Of a stretch of DNA of 64,000 nt, positions 48,517 through 57,134 are shown one piece after another. The notes beneath the pieces were generated by a model. The model was not told the origin of the DNA. It saw only the letters and a program-made list of their open reading frames with translations, and searched no databases. Position 1 is the stretch's first letter. Every line of letters begins with the position of its first letter. A program made the translations under genes and the position numbers. Source of the DNA: a virus; IMG/VR virus record IMGVR_UViG_3300031772_000022, positions 5,129-69,128 of that record. One strand, 5' to 3'.

Positions 48517-49086
48517 ATGAGAGACGACGAGACGCGCGTCTGCCGGCTTTGCGGCGGAGACCCGAAGCCCAAGTCCGAGTTCTACAGCTACAAACAGAAG
48601 CAACGAAACGGAAAGGTCCTCACCCTGACAAGGACGGAATGTCGGAGGTGTCAGGACGGGAGGACACGTAAGTACCACCGAGACAATCGGGATAGGTACA
48701 TGCTTAACAACTGCCGCCGGGGAGACAGGGAAAATGGCCTCGCCACAGTCATCACTAGGGAAGACCTTCGACACCTGATGGTTCAGGCGTGCCATTACTG
48801 CGGACAAAATGATGGCAAAGTCGGAGTGGACCGCGTCGATAACTCCAGGGGGCATTCCCTAGAGAACTGCGTCCCATGTTGCATTCGTTGTAACTGTCTC
48901 AAACGGGACATGCCGACCGTGGCATGGCAGTTCTTAGTCCCGTACGTGAAACAGGCCCACGACCTCGGCCTATTCGGAGAGTGGATAGGTCACAACGTCG
49001 GATCCCAAATACGCGGAAACCGTCGATCTCTGCAGCCGAAGCCTGAAGACCGACGGTTTCGAACGGCGCCAACTGGCACCAGTTGA
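48517..49086 (+). CDS. HNH-family (His-Me finger) endonuclease with zinc-binding Cys motifs
   Basis: 'CHYCG.....GVDRVDNSRGHSLENCVPCCIRCNCLK'. Lower GC; convergent and abutting the sheath stop. Confidence 0.85.
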   Translation: MRDDETRVCRLCGGDPKPKSEFYSYKQKQRNGKVLTLTRTECRRCQDGRTRKYHRDNRDRYMLNNCRRGDRENGLATVITREDLRHLMVQACHYCGQNDGKVGVDRVDNSRGHSLENCVPCCIRCNCLKRDMPTVAWQFLVPYVKQAHDLGLFGEWIGHNVGSQIRGNRRSLQPKPEDRRFRTAPTGTS

Positions 49087-52000
49087 TTACGCGCGGATGC
49101 GTACGGAAAGAGTGACCACTATATACTCGAGCGGGAAGACCGGGACGTAGATGGCCGACGCCCGGAGGATGGTCGGGTCGTTGTCGTCGACCGTGACCTC
49201 GATGCCCGTGGCCTTCTGCACGATCTGCTGGTCGACGAGCTGCGAGAAGGCGCCGACCATCGAGTTCTCGACCGACTTGATCAGGGAGCCCGTGAGCTTC
49301 TGGCCAATGTACGGGTCGAGGACCTTCCGCATCGTCTGCTGGACGTAGTGGATGGTCAGTGTGACGGACGGCGTGCGCGTGATGACCGTGTCGACGTTCG
49401 TCGTCAGGCCGTGGCGGACGCGCATTCCGGTGTCGACCTGCTCGATGATCGAGACTCCGGCGACGGCGACCTGGTTGGCCTCCGTCGGGTCGAGCAGGCG
49501 CCCGAGCCGCTTGAAGCCAACGATGGAGCGCCGGGTGAGCGGAGTGGCCACGTCGAACGCGGAGTTCGTCAGGGTTCCGGCGAGCGCCGCGGCCATGTAT
49601 GAGCTGTCGACGAGCTGGTCGGTCAGGTTGCCCTGGTCGTCCGAGACCGAGAGGACGTACGTGTCGGGGTAAGACACGAGCATCAGCTCGGAGTTGAGCC
49701 CCTTGGCGATGGCCTGGACGCCGAGCGGATTGGTCCCCGCGGCGACGCCCACAACGCCGATCCGCTCACCCTCCTGGCGCGGCGTGCTCATGAACACGCA
49801 GTGCTGGTTCAGGGAGGAGAAGATCGTCGGATCGGTGGCGAGCGGGACGATGACGTCCGGCTTGACCGATCCCTGGATGGGCTTGCGCTGCTCGTCGATG
49901 GCCGCGATGAACGACCCGCCGCCGGCTTGCGAGGACCCCTCCGCCCTCAGGACCTGCTTGAGGCCGATGAGGATGGCGCCGTTGAGGAGGCAGATGCGGG
50001 CGGCCAGCGAGAGCGGGTTATCCGGCGTCGGGGAGCCGAAGTTCTGCTGGATCTTCTTGATCTCCCGGAAGAGCTGCGTGGAGAGGTCCGTCTTGGCGTA
50101 GTCGTAGGAGACGTAGTAAACGTCGCCGATGGCCGGCTCCGTCCCCGAACGGGCGTACGTGCTGACGAGCGCCGTCGTCCCCGGGTTCATGTTGTTGGTG
50201 TTGAACACCGTGATCTCGACGCCTGAGATGGCCTTGATCGGGATCGAGGCGTCCGTGATGAACGACTGACCGACTACGAGGGTGAAGTTTCCACCACTGG
50301 CGTAGTCGCCTGCGACCGCCTTGAGGACGGTGAACCGGAGTCCCGTCGTGACATCCGTGTACGTCTGGCCCGGGAACCCGGTGCCGTGAGAGCCCAGAAG
50401 GCCCTGGGAGGAGGAGACGGAGAAGCCCGCCTGGGCGTTCTCGCCGACATCACCCGAGGTACCCGGAACGATTCCGAGCTTCGTGTCCGTGACGAAGGCC
50501 GTGTTCGAGACGTTCGAGAACGCCACAGTCGATAGGTTGCCCGTCGTGAGGGAGTCGATGCGGAGGAACCCGCCGAGGCCGGGAGATGCGACGCGGTACG
50601 ACACGCCGACGGCCTGGAAGGACGCGTTGGCATTGAGGGCGTTGGCGATATCGGAGGCCGTCGGCTGCTTGCGCTGGGCCGAACCGCCGGAGACGAAGCC
50701 GAGGACGTCGTTCGCCGTGCTAGTCGACTTGACATTCAGGGAGGACAAGGCGTTGTTGAGGCGTGAGGTGAGTACCAGCTTCCCAGCGTTGATACCGGCG
50801 CCAGTACGAGCCACGAGCTCCGTCATAGACGTGGTCGCCTGGTTCACAGCGTCCTTCGTGCCGTGGACGTGGTACGGGCCCTGGGTCTGCGCCAGGTGGA
50901 CTGGGTACTTGACCTGGAGCTCCGCCGTCAGGGCGACGAGGGACGCCGGGCTGGAGGCGGCGACCGACGTGATGACGTTGGTCGTGTCCGCCACGAAGTG
51001 GTAGTTCGTGGAGGCAAGGTGGACGTTGAGCTTCGTCTTGATGTCGTTCGCGAGGGCCTCACCCGTGAGCTGGGAGAAGGCGGCGGGCGCCGTGATCGTG
51101 TCCGTCACATCGTTGATGATGTGAACGCCGGCCAGCAAGAAGTGAGCGTTGAGCTTCGCCTTGATGTCGTTGAGGATCGGGTAGCAGTCGGTGTTGACGA
51201 CCGGAGGGAGGGCCGGGGTCAGCGTGTCGACCGTGTCGTCGAAGCCGTGGACACCAATCTGGACGAGGTGGGAGTTGTAGAACTCCTTGAGGTCGTTCGC
51301 GAGGACAACGGCCGACTGGAGGTTGGTCGCGTTCCCGGTGGCGACGGCGTTGGACGTGTCGCTGAGCTGGTGGACGCCGCCCTGAGAGAGGTGGGCGTTA
51401 TACTTCGCCTTGATGTCGTTGAGAAGGGCCTGGGCGTCGGCGAGGGTGACGGCGGCAGGAAGGACGACAGAGTTGGTCCCGTCGGCCGCCACGTGGTAGG
51501 CCGTTGAGACGCGGTGGAGGTTGTAGTCGCTACGGATCTCGTTCGCCAGGGCGATCACGTCGGCCGTGTAGGTCGCGATGTCGGCCGTGGAGGCGAGGGC
51601 GATGTACGAGTCGTTGATCGACGTAACGACGTCCTGGAGGAGGACCGCCGTGCCGCCCGGGAGGGTGGTCGTAACGTCCTTGCCGTCGACGTTGAGCTGG
51701 AACGAGTCGTTGACGCCCGTGGAGATGTTGAACGGACCGGTCTGGGTGCCGACGAGGGTCGCCACCTGATTGATCGCGTTGTACGAGCCCGTGGCCGCCT
51801 GGTTCGGCTCGAGGCCGACCTTTCCGGAGGCGTCCGTCTCGCCGGCCGCCGTGGGCGACATGATGAGGACGCTCGAGACGAGGCCGTTCGTGAACGAGGG
51901 GAGGCTCCGGGCCTTGATCGAGAGGATCTTCTGGAGCCCGTACGTCACGACTGACACGAGGTTGTTGGGGGCCGTCGCGGCGAAGGTCACCGACCCATCC

Positions 52001-54141
52001 GCGTGGACCTGGACGTCAGCGTCGATGACCGCGTTGACGGCCGCAGCGACGGCGGCAAGGGTCGTCAGGCCGGTCATGTTGACGGGTATGAGGTTCACGC
52101 CGTCGACGTTGAGGACGAGGCGGTCCGTCGAGAGCATCGACAGGGGCTCAGTCACGCCGCTGGAGAGAAGGACCGCCTTGTACTGCAGCGAAAGGTCGAC
52201 GGAGACCGCGGGGTTCCCGTCGATGATCATCCCGCCGAAGATGCGGGTCGCCTGGTAGATGTCGTACGGCTCCTGCTTCTGGTTGGAGAAGGAGGCGTGG
52301 GTCGCCGGGTCGAGGGCCGTGTTGAAGGTGACGGTGACGGTCTCAGCGACGGGGTTTCCGGCGCCGGTGTGAATGGCGTCCGGAAGGCTCTCGGTACCGG
52401 AGGGCCACTGGATGGTTTGCGGAAGGGAGGCTTTAACGCCAAACTTGGCTCCGAAGACCAGGGCCCCGCTGAGCGCGGACGCGATCGAGTAGCTTCCGGT
52501 GCCGGACGAACCGGGCGTGAGGACCGAGAGGGTGAAGGTGTCGTCCGTGATCCGGTTGTACCAGAACGTCGCGAACGCCCTGTACTCGGCCGACACGGGG
52601 GTGGCGAGCGTCACGATGTTCGTGGAGCTGTCGACCTCGAGGACCTTGACCGGAGGGCGGGATGAAGCGTCCCGCCAGGTCTTGCCGACGTAGACCGTGA
52701 CGAGGTCCGGGCGGTTCGTCGGAAGGTCAAGGCGACCGTTCGTGATGGTGGTGTAAGTCGCCTGGCCGAGGGGCGTATCGCGACCGTTTCCGCTGGTGGG
52801 GACCTCCGGAAGGAGGAACTTGGTCGTGGAGACAGTGCTCGTGGTCGTGTCGACGAACCTGGCGCAGGGAGCGCCGAAGATCCTGTCGTCGACCAGCATG
52901 CCGACGATCTGGGTGGAGTCAAAGGACGCGGACCCGGTCTTGTCGCCGGCCTGGACCTGAAAGGCCGTCCCCCATTGGATCTTGGACTGGTCGCCGTCGT
53001 TGACGACGATGAAGTCCGGACCGTTGAGGAAGTCGCGGCGGCCGGGCGCAATGCCGACGTTCCCGACCGTGATGATGTTGCTGTTCGGGAGGTAGTCGAA
53101 CGTATCCTGGAACGTGTTGAAGTAGTAGGTGATGAGGACCTTCGAGCCACTCTTCGGCGCGAAGGGAAGGCCGACGAGGCGCTGGGAACCGTCGACCGAC
53201 TTGGCGAGGACTTGGGTCCCGTTCACCGTCACCGTCACCTTGGACGGGTCTGTCGTCGTGATGCCACCATCAGAGCCATCGACCACGGGGCCGTTGAACA
53301 CGCGGAATGACTGCGTGCGAGCGGTGTAGTCGCCCGCATTGAAGCCGAGGACTCCGTTCGCGCCGCCGCTACCGACGAGGATGTTTCCGAGGGCGATCAG
53401 CTGGACGTGGGCGAGCCCCTCGTTGTCGATGTGCACCGAGGCTGTGAGACCCGGGACGTTCGCGGCGTTCACGTCGTTGGCGACGTCCGTGGCGGTCCGC
53501 GTGACGCCCGACGTCAGGACGATCGTCACGGGGACCGTGTCGTCGAGCGTGATGTCGAGCTTGTCGTTCGAGCCGAGGGTGACCGCGTAAGTCTCCGTCT
53601 TCGGAGCGACGAGGATGGCCGGACCGTCGGTGATCTGGGCCGACACGTCGTCGGTGATCCGTGTATCCTTGCGGTGGAAGAAGTAGTTGATCGTGACCTT
53701 GTCGTCCTCAGCCGGAGGCACGAGGAGCGAGACGAGTCCGTTCGGACCGTCGATGGCCGCGACGACGACGGGGGCTCCGTTAACGGAGACCGAGACCTTG
53801 CTCGCGTCGTAGGTAGCCGAGCCACGGCCTTGGCCGTCGACGATCGGATAATTGCGGACCTTGAACTTCGATTTGTTTCCGTCCTGGTTCCCGAGGATCG
53901 GGCTTTGGACGGTTCCACCGGAAATCCAACGACCTTGGGCGTCCTCGCCGAAGATCGGTGTATCCGCGACGCTCGAGGATCCGCGGATCATCTCGAAGTT
54001 CGTCTGGGAGAGAGACTCTTTGCCCACGCCGATCAGGACCGGGACCCGGAGGCCCCCAAGGAGCAGGCCAACCGCCGGCTCGACAACGGTCTGCGCGTAG
54101 ACGCCCGGAGGTGCGTAGGTCGTAAAAGGTCCGATGCCCAT
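49087..54141 (-). CDS. Tail sheath protein, unusually large (1684 aa)
   Basis: N-terminal 'Y.PPGVY' and 'VPVLIGVG'. C-terminal sheath domain '...YIGQK...A.YVPVFPLEYIVV'. Strong codon bias; GGGAG SD. Confidence 0.92.
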   Translation of the reverse strand: MGIGPFTTYAPPGVYAQTVVEPAVGLLLGGLRVPVLIGVGKESLSQTNFEMIRGSSSVADTPIFGEDAQGRWISGGTVQSPILGNQDGNKSKFKVRNYPIVDGQGRGSATYDASKVSVSVNGAPVVVAAIDGPNGLVSLLVPPAEDDKVTINYFFHRKDTRITDDVSAQITDGPAILVAPKTETYAVTLGSNDKLDITLDDTVPVTIVLTSGVTRTATDVANDVNAANVPGLTASVHIDNEGLAHVQLIALGNILVGSGGANGVLGFNAGDYTARTQSFRVFNGPVVDGSDGGITTTDPSKVTVTVNGTQVLAKSVDGSQRLVGLPFAPKSGSKVLITYYFNTFQDTFDYLPNSNIITVGNVGIAPGRRDFLNGPDFIVVNDGDQSKIQWGTAFQVQAGDKTGSASFDSTQIVGMLVDDRIFGAPCARFVDTTTSTVSTTKFLLPEVPTSGNGRDTPLGQATYTTITNGRLDLPTNRPDLVTVYVGKTWRDASSRPPVKVLEVDSSTNIVTLATPVSAEYRAFATFWYNRITDDTFTLSVLTPGSSGTGSYSIASALSGALVFGAKFGVKASLPQTIQWPSGTESLPDAIHTGAGNPVAETVTVTFNTALDPATHASFSNQKQEPYDIYQATRIFGGMIIDGNPAVSVDLSLQYKAVLLSSGVTEPLSMLSTDRLVLNVDGVNLIPVNMTGLTTLAAVAAAVNAVIDADVQVHADGSVTFAATAPNNLVSVVTYGLQKILSIKARSLPSFTNGLVSSVLIMSPTAAGETDASGKVGLEPNQAATGSYNAINQVATLVGTQTGPFNISTGVNDSFQLNVDGKDVTTTLPGGTAVLLQDVVTSINDSYIALASTADIATYTADVIALANEIRSDYNLHRVSTAYHVAADGTNSVVLPAAVTLADAQALLNDIKAKYNAHLSQGGVHQLSDTSNAVATGNATNLQSAVVLANDLKEFYNSHLVQIGVHGFDDTVDTLTPALPPVVNTDCYPILNDIKAKLNAHFLLAGVHIINDVTDTITAPAAFSQLTGEALANDIKTKLNVHLASTNYHFVADTTNVITSVAASSPASLVALTAELQVKYPVHLAQTQGPYHVHGTKDAVNQATTSMTELVARTGAGINAGKLVLTSRLNNALSSLNVKSTSTANDVLGFVSGGSAQRKQPTASDIANALNANASFQAVGVSYRVASPGLGGFLRIDSLTTGNLSTVAFSNVSNTAFVTDTKLGIVPGTSGDVGENAQAGFSVSSSQGLLGSHGTGFPGQTYTDVTTGLRFTVLKAVAGDYASGGNFTLVVGQSFITDASIPIKAISGVEITVFNTNNMNPGTTALVSTYARSGTEPAIGDVYYVSYDYAKTDLSTQLFREIKKIQQNFGSPTPDNPLSLAARICLLNGAILIGLKQVLRAEGSSQAGGGSFIAAIDEQRKPIQGSVKPDVIVPLATDPTIFSSLNQHCVFMSTPRQEGERIGVVGVAAGTNPLGVQAIAKGLNSELMLVSYPDTYVLSVSDDQGNLTDQLVDSSYMAAALAGTLTNSAFDVATPLTRRSIVGFKRLGRLLDPTEANQVAVAGVSIIEQVDTGMRVRHGLTTNVDTVITRTPSVTLTIHYVQQTMRKVLDPYIGQKLTGSLIKSVENSMVGAFSQLVDQQIVQKATGIEVTVDDNDPTILRASAIYVPVFPLEYIVVTLSVRIRA

Positions 54142-54176
54142 GTTAGCTCCCTTCAGTGAGCAGAAGTCTAAATACC

Positions 54177-54267
54177 GGTATGCGTCTCTTCTCTAGAGCA
54201 GTGTGGGGTATGCGTATGCGTCTACGTGAAGGGTCACTTCAACCCTGCACGCCGCATGAAGAGCCTA
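54177..54267 (-). promoter_or_regulatory. Sheath 5' leader: late-promoter-like motif, hairpin and three CGCATAC repeats
   Basis: TAGGCTCTTCAT at 54256-54267. Hairpin cgtg-a-agggt...accct-g-cacg at 54225-54251. gtatgcg at 54178, 54208 and 54214. Confidence 0.55.
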
Positions 54268-54277
54268 TTGGAGGGGC

Positions 54278-54730
54278 CTACTCGGATGTCTTCGGGGCGG
54301 ACTTCTTCGCCTTGTCGAGCAGCTTCAGAGCCTTCTCACGGTCGCGAATCGTGCTGGCGTCGGCAGGGGCTATTGTGTCCCCGGCCTGGGACACTGCGTT
54401 CGTCCCGGCCTCCCGGCGCACCTTGTCGCGAGCTTCCTTGCGGGCGTTATATTCACCCCACTTGACCTCAGCCGACCGGCCGACCGCCTTGTCAACAACC
54501 GGATAGTCAAGATCGTGCACCCCGCTGTTCCCGTGAACGCCGCTGCCGGCCCCCTTGTCGACCCCTCCGGCAAACTTGAAGCTGAAGGAGGAAACGCGGA
54601 TGCGCTCCGCCCTGTTCTTGCAGTTCGGGCACGGGTGATGGTCGAAGTACTCCTGGATCTCCTCCTTCTTCAGGAGAAGCTCTTCGAACTCGGCATCACA
54701 GTCGTCACAAAAGTACTCAAAGGTCGGCAA
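54278..54730 (-). CDS. FmdB-family zinc ribbon protein (150 aa)
   Basis: 'MPTFEYFCDDC...FEEL..........CPNC' signature. Confidence 0.85.
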   Translation of the reverse strand: MPTFEYFCDDCDAEFEELLLKKEEIQEYFDHHPCPNCKNRAERIRVSSFSFKFAGGVDKGAGSGVHGNSGVHDLDYPVVDKAVGRSAEVKWGEYNARKEARDKVRREAGTNAVSQAGDTIAPADASTIRDREKALKLLDKAKKSAPKTSE

Positions 54731-54750
54731 GGTTCACCTGCCGAACCTTA

Positions 54751-55959
54751 CTAACGGACTCGCTCGTAAGTGAGGTCCCGCCCGATAGATACGCCGACCC
54801 CGGCGGCCCCAAGCTGACCCGTCGACCGGAGAAGGTCAAGCGGATAGCTCCCGTCAAGGTACCCATGCTCGACCTCCGCAGCGCGAGAGGTGTTCTCCGC
54901 ACGGATGACGGTTATCGGCAGAGGCACGTACACCTCCCAGTCGACGCGAAGGGAGAGCGAGACGGTCGTCTCGTAGTAATACTCGTCCGTGTCAGAGTTA
55001 TATACCTCCTCATTCTCGCCGCCGGGGGCGATGTCGAGGAGCTCCAAGCCCTCGAACCCAAGGGAGTTCTGAATTTCGAGGACCTTCACGATCACATAGT
55101 CCGCGAGCTTCTCGCGATCCTCAGCGTCGCGGGCGAACACGATGAGTTCAAACGCGACCTCATACTTCCCGCCGTAGACCTCGGCCACGTCCGTCCGCTC
55201 GTCCGTGACGACCACACACTGCTTGTCGCACTCTTGCGGCCGGTCGCCGAAGGCGATGACGACGCCCGGTACAGCGTCCAGATTCACCTGCTCTCGCTCG
55301 TAGTGGAACGGACCCTGGGTCGGCATGACATAGCGATAGTCAGCATAGATCACACCGCCTGTCGGAGTCTCCTTCAGGAAGGTGACCTCACCGGTCTCAT
55401 AGTCGGTGATGAAGTCAGTTCCGGGGACCAGCGCGCGGCGGCCGTCCAGCCAAAGACGAACGGACCCCGGGTAAAGGTTGCGCCTTGATATTTGCGCCTC
55501 CTTATCCCCGGAGCTCGTGAAGGTGATGAGAGGCTCGTTGATCTCCGTGAGGAGAGGCTCAACGACGAACTCTCCAGGAACCTTCCGCGCCTCGTCCGGA
55601 ACGGAATTCACCAGGATGTTATAGACGCCGGACGGTGCGGGAAACACGTCCCTCCTCGGGGAAACCCGCTCGAGGACGTTGAAATTCTCCCGCACCCATT
55701 CTATCGTCGTCCCAGGAGCGTTCTCCACGGGAGCGAGCATGCAGAAGGAAGACAGGCGCCCGACGTAGTTGTCGGCGGACAGCCGCACGCGGTCCGCCGA
55801 AGCGCTGTTGACGATTATTCCACGCTGCGGGCGCTCTTCGAACGAGTACTTGTTAGTGACGTTCTCCGAGTCAGATCTGTACCTTGGGTGATCATAGAGG
55901 ATCTTGCGAAGCTCCTTGATCACCCTCTTCTTAGTGGCATTGATCAGCCAGACCTTCAT
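54751..55959 (-). CDS. Putative tail terminator / tail completion protein (402 aa)
   Basis: Synteny between neck and sheath. 'GGKYEVAFELIVFARD..DREKLAD', 'YYY...VSLSLRVDW'. Confidence 0.6.
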   Translation of the reverse strand: MKVWLINATKKRVIKELRKILYDHPRYRSDSENVTNKYSFEERPQRGIIVNSASADRVRLSADNYVGRLSSFCMLAPVENAPGTTIEWVRENFNVLERVSPRRDVFPAPSGVYNILVNSVPDEARKVPGEFVVEPLLTEINEPLITFTSSGDKEAQISRRNLYPGSVRLWLDGRRALVPGTDFITDYETGEVTFLKETPTGGVIYADYRYVMPTQGPFHYEREQVNLDAVPGVVIAFGDRPQECDKQCVVVTDERTDVAEVYGGKYEVAFELIVFARDAEDREKLADYVIVKVLEIQNSLGFEGLELLDIAPGGENEEVYNSDTDEYYYETTVSLSLRVDWEVYVPLPITVIRAENTSRAAEVEHGYLDGSYPLDLLRSTGQLGAAGVGVSIGRDLTYERVR

Positions 55960-56288
55960 CAGCCTTTGACGCTACGGCTTGTCTTCTTTTTCTTCCCATC
56001 CGGGGTCTCGGCGGGAGTCGCCGCGCCTTCTACGTCCTCGGGGAGGGGAGCGGGCTGCGTCTCCGGCTCTGGCTCTGGTACGAAGGAAGGGAATGGATCC
56101 GACTCCACCGTCACGACCATGTCGACCGGCTCACGGTCCGGCACGGAGACGGCAAAGTCGGGTTCGGAGGGGGCCGGGGCCGGGGCCGGGGCTGCGGGGT
56201 CTCCAGAGGGAGTGGCCGCATTGTGGGCGTGGAGGTCTTCCTCACGATGGAAAGCCTGCTCGAAGTAAACTCCCTTATAGTAGGGCAT
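55959..56288 (-). CDS. Pro/Glu-rich hypothetical protein (109 aa)
   Basis: AAGGAGG SD; stop overlaps the next start. Confidence 0.7.
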   Translation of the reverse strand: MPYYKGVYFEQAFHREEDLHAHNAATPSGDPAAPAPAPAPSEPDFAVSVPDREPVDMVVTVESDPFPSFVPEPEPETQPAPLPEDVEGAATPAETPDGKKKKTSRSVKG

Positions 56289-56324
56289 GGATTGCCTCCT
56301 TTACCGGGGGCCCCGATAGAAGGA

Positions 56325-57101
56325 CTAGTCCTCTTTCGAGTAACACCCGTCGGGTCCCCTGAGTTGACGATGGGTGGCTTCGGAGATCTTTTGACGAACT
56401 TCGTCGGAATGAGTTCTTCCTTTGAAGGAATTTCCCATCCGTTCTCTAGCCTCTTCACTCATGTTTCTGGCAGCTTCAAGAAGCTTCTCTTTTCTTTCCG
56501 GTGAAAGACGCTTCCCGCGATTGGCGTCCGCGATTTTCTTCACCACTTCAGGAGTCTTTGCACGTAAACCAGCCATCACAAACTTGGAGATCATTTCAGG
56601 ACTGCGAGAACGATTACGGGCTGCAATGCTCTCACCGTTTTTCTTCGCAGACGCGCTGATCTTCGCCCGGGTTTCTTCACTAAGAGGTTTACCCTTACGT
56701 AAAGAAGATAGGTAAGCACGTCGGTCTGAAGTCATACTCTTTTTGGTGGCCGCCGAAAGCTTCTCCCGAGTAGTCAAGGAGTTCGATGAGGTGGCAGTGC
56801 CACCCTTCATTAAATTAAACCCAAACTGCGGAACCCAAGAAGAGAAAGACCTGATCCAGTCTTTCTCCGCCTCGTTCGCCTCCTCAAGTGAAGAACAGAC
56901 CTCGAGGACCTTGTGGTTGAACGCGTCTTTCCCGTACTTGCGGATCGCGTTCCAGAAATGAGCACATCCGCGCCCTATTCTTGTCTTCGCGTTCTTCAAG
57001 TGCTGGTTCCATCGCTTCATCATCGTGAGCTTTGTCAACCCGATGTAGCAGCGACCAGTCTCCGTATGTATGTGGCGATATATTGTCCAGCGGAGTTCCA
57101 T
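56325..57101 (-). CDS. Second GIY-YIG homing endonuclease with NUMOD3 repeats (258 aa)
   Basis: 'TIYRHIH...CYIGLTKLTMMKRWNQH'; NUMOD3 'GKPLSEETRAKIS' and 'GRTHSDEVRQKIS'. Lower GC. Confidence 0.9.
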   Translation of the reverse strand: MELRWTIYRHIHTETGRCYIGLTKLTMMKRWNQHLKNAKTRIGRGCAHFWNAIRKYGKDAFNHKVLEVCSSLEEANEAEKDWIRSFSSWVPQFGFNLMKGGTATSSNSLTTREKLSAATKKSMTSDRRAYLSSLRKGKPLSEETRAKISASAKKNGESIAARNRSRSPEMISKFVMAGLRAKTPEVVKKIADANRGKRLSPERKEKLLEAARNMSEEARERMGNSFKGRTHSDEVRQKISEATHRQLRGPDGCYSKED

Positions 57102-57134
57102 ATGGACACTCTACCAGACCAATATTCGTAAACG

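Noticed and set aside
8882-54141. Bacterial extracellular contractile injection system or T6SS (sheath, tube, spike, J, gp25, AAA+ ATPase)
   Set aside because: Head-tail neck genes, a long tape measure, homing endonucleases, helicase and ligase, with no host housekeeping genes, favour a phage. Capsid and terminase are not in the window, so this rests on context.
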